Assembly: GCA_045635565.1 (NCBI GenBank)
Contig: JAZTVX010000044.1
Location: forward strand, 8,261-72,260
Direction: 5' to 3'
DNA: 64,000 bases
From: Alphaproteobacteria bacterium
Lineage (GTDB): Bacteria > Pseudomonadota > Alphaproteobacteria > CAAHEQ01 > UBA3637
Within the stretch, counting starts at the first letter, position 1. Every line of letters starts with the position of its first letter. The notes under the pieces are model-generated. The model was not told where the DNA came from. It saw only the letters and a list, made by a program, of their open reading frames with translations, and did not search any database. The translations under genes were made by a program, and so were the position numbers. Shown here one piece after another: positions 20,353-28,985 of the stretch.

Positions 20353-21489
20353 TTAATTATTTGTTTGGCTTTGATTCATCGGATTCGGTATCATCGCATC
20401 ATTCGGATTATATCGTTCTCCGACTTGTGCATGTTGAGAAATCACATTCCCTAAATGATTGTGTCCCATCATTTCGCGTCCGAATGTTAAAGCGGGTGCT
20501 TTGTTTTCCGATGCTGCCAACACACCGAGTGTCCCTGTTCCATAAAAAGGCGAAGCCACTGCTAAACCATATTCATCAGAACCATGTTCAACGGTTGATG
20601 TTTGTGAATTGAAAAATTCATTATAACGTTGCATTTTATCGTGACGTTCCAACATATTCCCGACACTCTCGTCAAAATTACTATCCATTATTCTTTGTAT
20701 GTTTTCATCTGAAATCAATTTTTTATCCATAACGGTTTTCAGACAGGAGGCATGTGTAAAATATTGATGCATCATTTCGTTGACTTGTTGACACGTTTCC
20801 GGAATTTGTTGTTCTAAGACAAGATAGCGTTCATTTAATTGAGCGGCTTGTTGTTCCAACAGTATTTTTTGTTCGTCTGTTGTTTCCTTTTTTTCGTATT
20901 CAGCACGCAACTTTTGGAAATCTTTAATCAATTTTTCCCGTTCTTCAACTTGTTTACCAAGTTCATCGTATGATTTAATCGTTTGTTCTTCCCAATAACC
21001 TGTTGCCGTTAAATGATATGTTGTAAAATCGGCTTTTTGCTCGCCAAAATCATGTTCTGCATTAAAATCATATTTTTTGCCTGCTAAAAAGGTAATGCAA
21101 TCTTTTGTTGTAATAACGGCAGGTGACATTTTTTGCCAATCGATTTTTGCCCCTTTCCTTTCGGCTAAAGCCAACACTTCATAACCGCCTTCAACGGCCA
21201 TGACTTCATCAATTAAGACTTGTTCTCTTTCTTCAATTTTCTTAACAATTGCATCGGCTTTTTTACGATTCTCTTGTTCAAAAGCATATGTGATGTATTC
21301 TTTACCTAATTCATTAAAATCCATGTTGAATTTTCCAAGAGCATCGATAATAGCGAGTGCGCTTTCCTTTGATAATCCTTCTGTTGCGTCAAGCAATTCT
21401 TTGTGTGTTTTGGAGTCGAAAAAAATACTTAATTCATCAACCCCTTTAAGTCTTTTGGATGAAGATGATTTTCTAGTTTTTTTAGCCAT
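20353..21489 (-). CDS. hypothetical coiled-coil protein (ORFan)
   Basis: 378-aa ORF with its own TTGACA-N17-TAGAAT promoter and AAGGAAA upstream of the ATG. No family recognised. Confidence 0.6.
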   Translation of the reverse strand: MAKKTRKSSSSKRLKGVDELSIFFDSKTHKELLDATEGLSKESALAIIDALGKFNMDFNELGKEYITYAFEQENRKKADAIVKKIEEREQVLIDEVMAVEGGYEVLALAERKGAKIDWQKMSPAVITTKDCITFLAGKKYDFNAEHDFGEQKADFTTYHLTATGYWEEQTIKSYDELGKQVEEREKLIKDFQKLRAEYEKKETTDEQKILLEQQAAQLNERYLVLEQQIPETCQQVNEMMHQYFTHASCLKTVMDKKLISDENIQRIMDSNFDESVGNMLERHDKMQRYNEFFNSQTSTVEHGSDEYGLAVASPFYGTGTLGVLAASENKAPALTFGREMMGHNHLGNVISQHAQVGERYNPNDAMIPNPMNQSQTNN

Positions 21490-21526
21490 GGTTTTCCTTT
21501 CTCAGCAATTGTGTTACAATAAAACC

Positions 21527-21555
21527 ATTCTATCGGTAAATATAAAAATTGTCAA
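21527..21555 (-). promoter_or_regulatory. sigma70-type promoter of the 378-aa ORFan
   Basis: Minus strand: TTGACA (21555-21550), 17-nt spacer, TAGAAT (21532-21527). Confidence 0.6.
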
Positions 21556-21578
21556 GAATTTTTAACAAATATTTTGCA

Positions 21579-23831
21579 TCATGCCATTGATTGAGCCGAC
21601 CCTATTGGTAAATGGGCAAAATCGAACTCGCGTGGTTCGGGCTGTTGTGTATCGGCCCCCTGTTTTGAAACTTTTGCCAATGTTCCCATTAAACCACTGC
21701 TTGGTTGCGAGGCAGGTGTATCCATTTGTGCTTCATTTTCGGCTGAAAATGACCGTGCCTGTGCCAAACCATTTAAGGAACCTAAACCACGCGGTTTCGG
21801 GGATTTTTCGACAGTCGTATCGCTATGAGCCAAAGCAGTATTTGATGTCGGTTGTTCGGCATTTAATGGTACATCAAGGTTATTCGGATGAGCCAAAGTG
21901 CCAAGTCCTTGTGTTGACGAACCGTCATTTGATGATAAACGATGATGAGCCATCTGCCCTTGTGGATTTGTTGACATAATCGGTGGAACAGGTGCTTCAA
22001 CTGTAGCCGCAATAGACATGCTATCTAAAGGATTGGTTTTGGGAGAGGTGCTACGCGCCGTTATACCTGTCGAAACATGAGAAGTATAAGTAGATGTTCT
22101 TCCGAATTTCAAAGACGTATACTCTTGGTGTGCTCTACGCAACTGACCGGCATATTCGTTCTTTTTGGCATCCGTGTCTGCATGGTCGTACAATGTTCGC
22201 CAGTATGTCATATTTTCTTCCGCCTGACGTTTGTCTGCTAATCGTTTTTCTTCTGTTGGAGAAGCATTTTGAGGTCTTATTGGTTTATGTGCAGAAGTGC
22301 TCAATCTTCCTCTTTCATCGCTCGCCTTACCGGCATTTTTAGCCTTTGCTAGAGTTTGAAGTCTTGCTTTTTCAAATGGATCTGTTTCTTGAGCGGCTTG
22401 TTCTTCTAAACGCCGACTTTCTTCTCCAAGTTTACGCGAATGTTCGGTTTGTGTTTCAGGCTGTTCATTATATTTATATTCGCTATTTAGTTTTTCAAAT
22501 TCAGCACCCGTTCTCTTGGCATCTTTACCATGATGCTTCACTTCATGTTTTTTAGCCGTTGCTAGAGTTTGAAGTCTTGCTTTTTTATTTGGATCTGTTT
22601 CTTGAGCGGCTTGTTCTTCTAAACGCCGACTTTCTTCTTCAAGTTTACGCGAATGTTCGGCTTGTGTTTCAGGCTGTTTATTATATTTATATTCGCTATT
22701 TAGTTTTTCAAATTCAGCACCCGTTCTCTTGGCATCTTTACCATGATGCTTCACTTCATGCTTCTTAGCCGTTGCTAGAGTTTGAAGTCTTGCTTTTTCA
22801 AATGGATCTGTTTCTTGAGCGGCTTGTTCTTCTAAACGCCGAATTTCTTCTTCTTTGCTTCTCTTCTGCTCTAAATGATATCGTTCGTGTTCTTCAAGTT
22901 TACGCAAATGTTCGGCTTGTTTTTTACTCTGTCCATTATATTTATATTCGCTATTTAGTTTTTCAAATTCAGCACCCGTTCTCTTGGCATCTTTACCATG
23001 ATGCTTCACTTCATGCTTCTTAGCCGTTGCTAGAGTTCGAAGTTTTGCTTTTTCAATTGGATCTGTTTCTTGAGCGGCTTGTTCTTCTAAACGCCGAATT
23101 TCTTCTTCTTTGATTCTCTTCTGCTCTAAATGATATCGTTCGTGTTCTTTAAGTTCATGCAAATGTTTTTTTTGCTCTTCCGGTGACAGCTTGTGGAAAT
23201 CTTTTCCCTCTGCAATGAGATCATCTGTTATTTGATCACGTTTACGACAACAGGCATCAATTTCAGCAAGAAATTCTTGTCTGCTTTCTTCCGTAAATGG
23301 ACTATTTCTGAATTTATCATAAGCCGCTTTACTTCTGGCATCAAATTCAGCAAACGCAGATTGAACGGCTTGCATATGCTGTGTGTGGTAGTATGATGTC
23401 ATTCGGGCTGCCACATCCATGACAGCTGCTTGATGTGCGGCAGATGAATTAGAATGAATGCCGTTTTTATTTTGGGTCGTTGTTTTTTGAACTTCATTCC
23501 GAACATGCTGCGGATAACGAGCGGCAACAGCCATTTTAATGGATGGATCTAAATTAACAGCTGAAATGTGATGTAATAAACGAACATGTTCGGCTTGCGT
23601 TTCTGCCGACGGTTGGGTCGCTAATACAACACTTAAACGTTCTAAATAATGCTTGAGTTTTGATACTTCTTCATTGAAAACATGTCTGCTTTCATCTGCT
23701 TCTGCTGGGGAAATACGAATATCCCCCTTGCTTAATTTACTGTAATCTACATCGCTGTTTGCAGAGGCCGAACCAATCGGAGCAACTAATGGAATGCCCC
23801 ATTCCCTCATTTGTTCTACACTTAATGCCAT
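21579..23831 (-). CDS. hypothetical repeat-containing protein (ORFan, about 750 aa)
   Basis: GGAGG lies 5 nt upstream of ATG 23831 (the ORF track uses GTG 23837). It contains 3.5 tandem copies of an 85/71-aa charged helical unit and a Ser/Thr/Gln/Pro-rich C-terminus. Confidence 0.65.
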   Translation of the reverse strand: MALSVEQMREWGIPLVAPIGSASANSDVDYSKLSKGDIRISPAEADESRHVFNEEVSKLKHYLERLSVVLATQPSAETQAEHVRLLHHISAVNLDPSIKMAVAARYPQHVRNEVQKTTTQNKNGIHSNSSAAHQAAVMDVAARMTSYYHTQHMQAVQSAFAEFDARSKAAYDKFRNSPFTEESRQEFLAEIDACCRKRDQITDDLIAEGKDFHKLSPEEQKKHLHELKEHERYHLEQKRIKEEEIRRLEEQAAQETDPIEKAKLRTLATAKKHEVKHHGKDAKRTGAEFEKLNSEYKYNGQSKKQAEHLRKLEEHERYHLEQKRSKEEEIRRLEEQAAQETDPFEKARLQTLATAKKHEVKHHGKDAKRTGAEFEKLNSEYKYNKQPETQAEHSRKLEEESRRLEEQAAQETDPNKKARLQTLATAKKHEVKHHGKDAKRTGAEFEKLNSEYKYNEQPETQTEHSRKLGEESRRLEEQAAQETDPFEKARLQTLAKAKNAGKASDERGRLSTSAHKPIRPQNASPTEEKRLADKRQAEENMTYWRTLYDHADTDAKKNEYAGQLRRAHQEYTSLKFGRTSTYTSHVSTGITARSTSPKTNPLDSMSIAATVEAPVPPIMSTNPQGQMAHHRLSSNDGSSTQGLGTLAHPNNLDVPLNAEQPTSNTALAHSDTTVEKSPKPRGLGSLNGLAQARSFSAENEAQMDTPASQPSSGLMGTLAKVSKQGADTQQPEPREFDFAHLPIGSAQSMA
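22338..23165 (-). repeat. in-frame tandem coding repeats, unit 255/213 bp
   Basis: Units: HL[HR][EK]L[KE]EHERYHLEQKR.KEEEIRRLEEQAAQETDP.EKA[KR]L[RQ]TLATAKKHEVKHHGKDAKRTGAEFEKLNSEYKYN... twice (85 aa), once at 71 aa lacking a 14-aa block, then a 35-aa partial copy. The 213-bp spacing also shows as antisense ORFs at 22346, 22559 and 22772. Confidence 0.9.
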
Positions 23832-23869
23832 TTGCACCTCCGCAAAAAGAATATACCTAACTATCTAAT

Positions 23870-23899
23870 AGGATAACATCAAAAAGTTAATTCTGTCAA
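23870..23899 (-). promoter_or_regulatory. candidate promoter of the repeat protein gene
   Basis: Minus strand: TTGACA (23899-23894), 18-nt spacer, TATCCT (23875-23870). Confidence 0.4.
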
Positions 23900-24214
23900 C
23901 AATATTTATTTCTTTAAAATCAATATGATATAAAAAACTTATTAACAAATTGTAAAGAAAATTAACTATTTTTTGCCTGTTTTTATGTATTAAAAGGTAT
24001 GTAAATATGAAAATTTTTTCTGTAACTAATTGAAAACAAATAAAAAAACAATAAAAATACGATTCGTTTTGTTTTTGTACAAAAAGGTGTTTTTTTCTAA
24101 TATTTTCTGGGAAAATTTTTTATTTAAAAATAAAATATTGAAAACTATAAATATTTATATTTGTACAAAAGTTAATTTTTTTTAAGATTGTATCGAAACG
24201 GTATTTTTGACGTC

Positions 24215-24243
24215 TTGCAAAACGAATCGCATGTTGATACAAT
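24215..24243 (+). promoter_or_regulatory. candidate extended -10 promoter of the flavoprotein gene
   Basis: TTGCAA (24215-24220), 17-nt spacer, TG-A-TACAAT (-10 at 24238-24243). Confidence 0.5.
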
Positions 24244-24263
24244 ATATCTGTAAAGGAGATAGC

Positions 24264-24887
24264 ATGAATGTATTATTGATTAACGGCAGTCCACACGAAA
24301 AGGGGTGTACTTATACCGCTTTATCGGAAGTGGCACATGCATTAGAACAAGAACATATTTCAACCACATTATTTCATATTGGCATACAACCCATTCGTGG
24401 GTGTATTGGGTGTGGTGTATGTCGCACGACGGGTCGGTGTTTTTATGATGAAGATACGGTTAATGCCTGTCTTGAATTAGCCAAGAAAGCCGATGGGATT
24501 GTTGTCGGGTCGCCCGTTTATTATGCCGGTCCGAACGGGGCTTTGTGTGCATTTTTGGACAGATTGTTTTTTGCCGCTAATGGAGCATTGGCATTTAAAC
24601 CATCAGCAGCGGTTGTCAGTTCTCGTCGGGCAGGGGGACCAGCTGCGTTTGATAGATTAAATAAATATTTCACCATTTCACATATGCCGATTGTTTCATC
24701 ACAATACTGGAATGAGGTGCATGGCAGTACGCCCGAAGATGTATTGAAAGATGCCGAAGGACTTCAAACAATGCGAACGTTAGGACGTAATATGGCTTGG
24801 TTATTGCATTGTATTCAAGCCGGTCAAGAGCAAGGTATCGTATATCCTCAAAAAGAGGAAGTTATTCGTACAAATTTTATTCGATAG
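24264..24887 (+). CDS. flavodoxin-fold NAD(P)H-dependent FMN reductase / iron-sulfur flavoprotein-like
   Basis: MNVLLINGSPH start preceded by AAGGAG. It has the compact Cys cluster CIGCGVCRTTGRC and GSPVYYAG, the pattern of Isf-type flavoproteins of anaerobes. The ORF track start at 24207 is unlikely. Confidence 0.8.
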   Translation: MNVLLINGSPHEKGCTYTALSEVAHALEQEHISTTLFHIGIQPIRGCIGCGVCRTTGRCFYDEDTVNACLELAKKADGIVVGSPVYYAGPNGALCAFLDRLFFAANGALAFKPSAAVVSSRRAGGPAAFDRLNKYFTISHMPIVSSQYWNEVHGSTPEDVLKDAEGLQTMRTLGRNMAWLLHCIQAGQEQGIVYPQKEEVIRTNFIR

Positions 24888-24942
24888 AACAATATCGTAT
24901 GATATAAAAAAGATGTGAGTGGTAAGAATGGGGCTATGTTAA

Positions 24943-25363
24943 CATGAACTTGGTTTAGCATAATGGTAAAACGAAGGGTCTTTTGATGACAGAGTACCCT
25001 GTCCACCTTATCGTCACCCTGAACTTGATTCAGAGTCTTGTGGCGACAGAACACTTTGCCTTACCTCCATAAGATGCTGAACCAAGTTCAGCATGACGGT
25101 AAAACGAAGGTTTTTTTGATGATAGTGTACCCTGTCCACCTTATCGTTACCCTGAACTTGATTCAGGGTCTTGTGGCGACAGAACACTTTGCCTCAACTC
25201 CATAAGATGCTGAACCAAGTTCAGCATGACGGTAAAACGAAGGGTCTTTTGACGACAGAGTACCCTGTCCACCTTATCGTCACCCTGAACTTGATTCAGG
25301 GTCTTTTGACGACAGAACACTTTGCCTTACCTCCATAAGATGTTGAACCAAGTTTAGCATGAT
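24943..25363. repeat. noncoding tandem repeat, three 133-bp units plus a partial leading copy
   Basis: Units start at 24965, 25098 and 25231, each beginning GGTAAAACGAAGG. I count about 7 differences between units 1 and 3. Each unit carries hairpins ACCCTGAA-CTTGA-TTCAGGGT and GCTGAAC-CAA-GTTCAGC and two copies of GGTCTT(T/G)TG(A/G)CGACAGA. Confidence 0.9.
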
Positions 25364-25606
25364 GGGAAGTTGAAAAGTTTTATGGTACCGAATGTCACGC
25401 TATTTGCGTGAGTAGGGGAGGTTCATTTTTTTTCTATGTTGAAATACCTTTGATTATGATGTAATCGGTTTGAATAAGTTGAATCATACGGAGAGAATAT
25501 TGTAGAAAAATATTTATCATAAAAAAGATGTGTTCTGATAAATAATGATTTTGCTAACATCAAATATGTTATGCTTTTTTTATGAAGTGATAACCTTGAT
25601 TTTGAA

Positions 25607-25650
25607 TAAAAAAAATACTTTCCGTTTGTGCGGAAAGTATTTTTTTTTTT
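25607..25650. terminator. bidirectional rho-independent terminator (ends the pilin-like gene)
   Basis: A9-TACTTTCCG-TTTGTG-CGGAAAGTA-T11. Confidence 0.8.
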
Positions 25651-25669
25651 AGGTTACAGTATGATGAAT

Positions 25670-27034
25670 TTATTTGATACACATGCCATTACTGTCCGGA
25701 ACACCCCAGCCCATTGTTTTACAACAGACATTGTTTGAACCTAACGTTCCACCGGCATTGTCGCAACAAATGGCAGACGCTTGACCTGTTTCAAAATCCA
25801 TTTTGTTATCAGGGCAACAGCAGGCACTACTACCACCAACAACAACCGTAGCGGCATTGCTGTTATCCGGACAGACAATATCAGAACAGTCTGATGGTGG
25901 TGGAGGTGGAACACCACAATCTGCGGTGGACCGTCCCAACCAATCAAGACCGATTACACCATTCAAACAACAGGTGTTTGTTGTTGCCTCCCATCTGAAA
26001 GAGGAGTTGCTTTCGCAGCACATCTGAACGGGTTGTGTCGTGCCGATAAAGTATGGTAACACAGAACCACTTGAACCAACGGCACAGCATTCTATTATGG
26101 GTGATATACCGGCACTCGAACCACTATCGAAAAATCTGGTACCGGCAGAACGACCTGTTTGTATTTCATATACACCGACTTCGGCACCATTTTCTAAAAC
26201 CGTTGTTGTTCCTGTCGGGACGGAATAATTACCTGTTGGTTTGACACAACAAACATCACTTGATGACCAAATCCCACCGGCACTGTTACAGCAGACATCT
26301 GTTTCTGTCGCTTCATTATAGTATTCAAAAGGAGAATTGGGAATACATTCACCTTCATAGGGATCTATGTCATCCGGTTCATCAGAGGGTGGATTATCAG
26401 GTACGACGTGTGCTTTCATAGCACCAAAGAAAACAATTAAAGAGTTATACGTTGAAGCGGCTGTGGTATAATCCAAGTCCAATACTTCGGCTAATTGCAA
26501 TGCCGATTCACGACCACCTTCGTCTTCCTTGTATTCATCAAACTTACTACAATCAATATCGGCCAGTTTTGTATCACCACAGCCACTGAATACCGGAGCA
26601 ATTTGAGCACATGTTTCATTGAATTTTGAATATTTAATCTGTTCACAAACTTGGCTGGAAATACCGGCAATGGCAACCGTATAGCCGTAAATATCACTGT
26701 TTTCATCGTTGTAAACACGAACCTGAACGGGCGCCCCTGTGTTTGTTTGAAAATATTCACTGTACATGTCTTTTTCAGGAACAGAAGCAATTAAAGACGG
26801 TTTGACAATCCCCTCTTCGAGATACATAATATTTTTTTCCGTTCGAGCCCCTGTTACGGCAATTGTAAACGCATCAACCGTTTCATTTTCTGCGTGAATT
26901 TGTAAGGCATAATCCATGCCGGTTATACCTGCAATGGTTACAACACCAATTACTGCCAAAACGCCCAGCATTTCAACCATACTGCGTCCGTTTTGTGATT
27001 TTTTATGCGAAAACATGCGTTGTTTTGTTATCAT
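25670..27034 (-). CDS. large type IV pilin-like protein with Cys-rich C-terminal domain
   Basis: From ATG 27034 the protein starts MITKQRMFSHKKSQNG/RSMVEMLGVLAVIGVVTIAGITGM: a basic leader, Gly at -1, Glu at +5, then a ~20-aa hydrophobic helix, which is a class III (prepilin) signal. About 454 aa. GAGG precedes ATG 27034. The ORF track start at 27148 lies inside the promoter region. Confidence 0.7.
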   Translation of the reverse strand: MITKQRMFSHKKSQNGRSMVEMLGVLAVIGVVTIAGITGMDYALQIHAENETVDAFTIAVTGARTEKNIMYLEEGIVKPSLIASVPEKDMYSEYFQTNTGAPVQVRVYNDENSDIYGYTVAIAGISSQVCEQIKYSKFNETCAQIAPVFSGCGDTKLADIDCSKFDEYKEDEGGRESALQLAEVLDLDYTTAASTYNSLIVFFGAMKAHVVPDNPPSDEPDDIDPYEGECIPNSPFEYYNEATETDVCCNSAGGIWSSSDVCCVKPTGNYSVPTGTTTVLENGAEVGVYEIQTGRSAGTRFFDSGSSAGISPIIECCAVGSSGSVLPYFIGTTQPVQMCCESNSSFRWEATTNTCCLNGVIGLDWLGRSTADCGVPPPPPSDCSDIVCPDNSNAATVVVGGSSACCCPDNKMDFETGQASAICCDNAGGTLGSNNVCCKTMGWGVPDSNGMCIK

Positions 27035-27098
27035 TGGTGCCTCATCATGCGTATCATACAGGTATAAACAAACGAACGGAATATAACTTCCTATTTTC

Positions 27099-27127
27099 AG
27101 ATTACCAAAAAAATATGCTTTCGTCAA
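27099..27127 (-). promoter_or_regulatory. candidate promoter of the pilin-like gene
   Basis: Minus strand: TTGACG (27127-27122), 17-nt spacer, TAATCT (27104-27099). Confidence 0.45.
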
Positions 27128-27173
27128 ATACTTTTTTGAAAAAAACAAGAGGTTGATTGATAGAAAACAGATG

Positions 27174-28982
27174 TTAATTTTCTTCTGATTTTATTTGTAA
27201 ATCAAGCCATTTATTTTCCAATTCTTCCAATTTTTGTTGTTCGCTTTGTAATTGATCTGATAGATGTTTAACCTCATTCGGATTTTGATAGATATCCGGA
27301 TTGATGAGTTGTTCTTGCAAAATGATTACTTTTTCACTTTGTTGTTGTATCAGTTGTGGTAATTGATTGAGTAAATGCTGTTCGGTAAATGTTAGCCCTT
27401 TTTTAGATGTTTTTTCAACGGATTTAGAAGGTACTTGTTTATTTGATATATCATTTTTTTTCATTTGAACAGATTGGGCTTTTTTATTCTTTAAGTCCAT
27501 AAGAAGTTGTGTGTAGGTGCCAATGTGTTCCGTAATTTTACCTGTGCCGTCAACATATAAAAGCGATGTTGCCACTTTATCCAAGAAATCACGGTCATGA
27601 CTAACGATTAAAATCGTTCCTTCATATTCACTTAATACTTCTTGAAGTAAGTCAAGTGTATCCATATCCAAATCATTGGTGGGTTCATCTAATACCAAAA
27701 AATTAGATGGTTTTGCTAATGCAACAGCAAGCATAAGTCTGTTTTTTTCACCACCGGACAATGCACTTACCGGTGTGTTGGCTTGTGACGATGTAAATAA
27801 AAAATCTTTGAGATAAGAAACAACATGTCTGAAATGACCTCTGACGAAAATATGATCCCCTTCCGGACAGAGTGTTTTCCAGAGCGTTTTTGCCGGATCG
27901 AGGGATATTCTGTTTTGGTCAAAATAGGCTTCTTCCAAATTTTTAGCTAAACGAACGGAGCCACTATCCGGTTCAAGACGTTTTGTCAGCAATTTGATAA
28001 GGGTGGTTTTACCACACCCGTTCGGACCAACGATTCCGATTTTATTTCCTCGTAACACACGAATGGAAAAATTATCAATCAAACAACGATTGTTAAAACT
28101 TTTAGTAACGTGTTTTGCTTCAACAATCATTTTAGATTGTATAAGCCCTTTATCGATGGATAAATGGAGAGAACCAAGTTGTTTGATTTGTTCTTTGCGT
28201 TCTAAACGCAGTTGTTGTAACCGACGCAAACGTCCCATGTTTCTTTTTCGTCGGGCGGTAACACCTTTGTGCAACCATTCCGTTTCTTCAGCGATGCGTT
28301 TATTTAAGTTTTTTTGTTCAATAATTTCTTGTTCAATAATCTGTTCCTGCCATGTTTCAAAATGGCTGTATCCTTTATTGTTGAGATGGGCAATTCCTCT
28401 GTCTAACCAAATTGTTGCATTGGAAGTGCGATTGAGAAATTGTCTGTCATGGCTGATAACAATAACGGCTCCTTTAAAATCCCGAATGATTGTTTCCAGT
28501 TTTTCAATGGTTTCAATATCCAGATGATTTGTTGGTTCGTCAAGTAACAATAAATCCGGCTCACAGACTAATGCACGGGCAAGGGCTGTTTTTTTGCGTT
28601 CGCCACCAGATGCAGTTGCAGGATTTTGTTCCCCTCTGATATTCAATGTATCAATTAAGATATCGGCTTTGTATGTTTGACTGTGTTCTTTTTCATCTAA
28701 TCCGGATAAAATAACGTCTTTGAGTGTATGAAATGCCGAAAAGTCTTCATCTTGAGGCATATAGGCAATTTTGATATTCGGTTGAACAAAACAAGTGCCA
28801 CTGTCGGCTTCCGTTATGCCTGCAATGACTTTTAAAAGAGTTGATTTACCCGATCCGTTTCGACCGATTAAACAGATTTTGTCCCCTTTGTTGACATATA
28901 CGTTTAATCCACTGAATAACGGATGAACACCAAATGTCAGATGAACGTCTTTTAATGAATAAATCGGAGAAATATCAGCCAT
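27174..28982 (-). CDS. ABC-F family ATPase (Uup-like, C-terminal coiled-coil)
   Basis: Two NBDs (GRNGSGKST and GPNGCGKTT; signatures SGGERKK and LSGGEKNR), no TM domain, and a C-terminal helical tail. Confidence 0.88.
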   Translation of the reverse strand: MADISPIYSLKDVHLTFGVHPLFSGLNVYVNKGDKICLIGRNGSGKSTLLKVIAGITEADSGTCFVQPNIKIAYMPQDEDFSAFHTLKDVILSGLDEKEHSQTYKADILIDTLNIRGEQNPATASGGERKKTALARALVCEPDLLLLDEPTNHLDIETIEKLETIIRDFKGAVIVISHDRQFLNRTSNATIWLDRGIAHLNNKGYSHFETWQEQIIEQEIIEQKNLNKRIAEETEWLHKGVTARRKRNMGRLRRLQQLRLERKEQIKQLGSLHLSIDKGLIQSKMIVEAKHVTKSFNNRCLIDNFSIRVLRGNKIGIVGPNGCGKTTLIKLLTKRLEPDSGSVRLAKNLEEAYFDQNRISLDPAKTLWKTLCPEGDHIFVRGHFRHVVSYLKDFLFTSSQANTPVSALSGGEKNRLMLAVALAKPSNFLVLDEPTNDLDMDTLDLLQEVLSEYEGTILIVSHDRDFLDKVATSLLYVDGTGKITEHIGTYTQLLMDLKNKKAQSVQMKKNDISNKQVPSKSVEKTSKKGLTFTEQHLLNQLPQLIQQQSEKVIILQEQLINPDIYQNPNEVKHLSDQLQSEQQKLEELENKWLDLQIKSEEN

Positions 28983-28985
28983 GGC

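Noticed and set aside
22346-23023. Three plus-strand ORFs of 69-83 aa with near-identical sequences (MLEFEVLLF...)
   Set aside because: They are antisense shadows of the 213/255-bp in-frame tandem repeats in the minus-strand 750-aa gene. They have no SD, and their periodicity simply mirrors the repeat.
24985-25125. Hammerhead-like TGATGA core inside the 133-bp units
   Set aside because: TGATGA is present in units 1 and 2 but reads TGACGA in unit 3. The other conserved core elements (GAAA plus three-stem junction) could not be placed.
24943-25363. Possible CRISPR array
   Set aside because: The whole 133-bp unit is repeated head to tail with no unique spacers. The unit is far longer than CRISPR repeats, and no cas genes are in the window.
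27994-28527. 177-aa plus-strand ORF
   Set aside because: It lies entirely antisense within the ABC-F ATPase gene.
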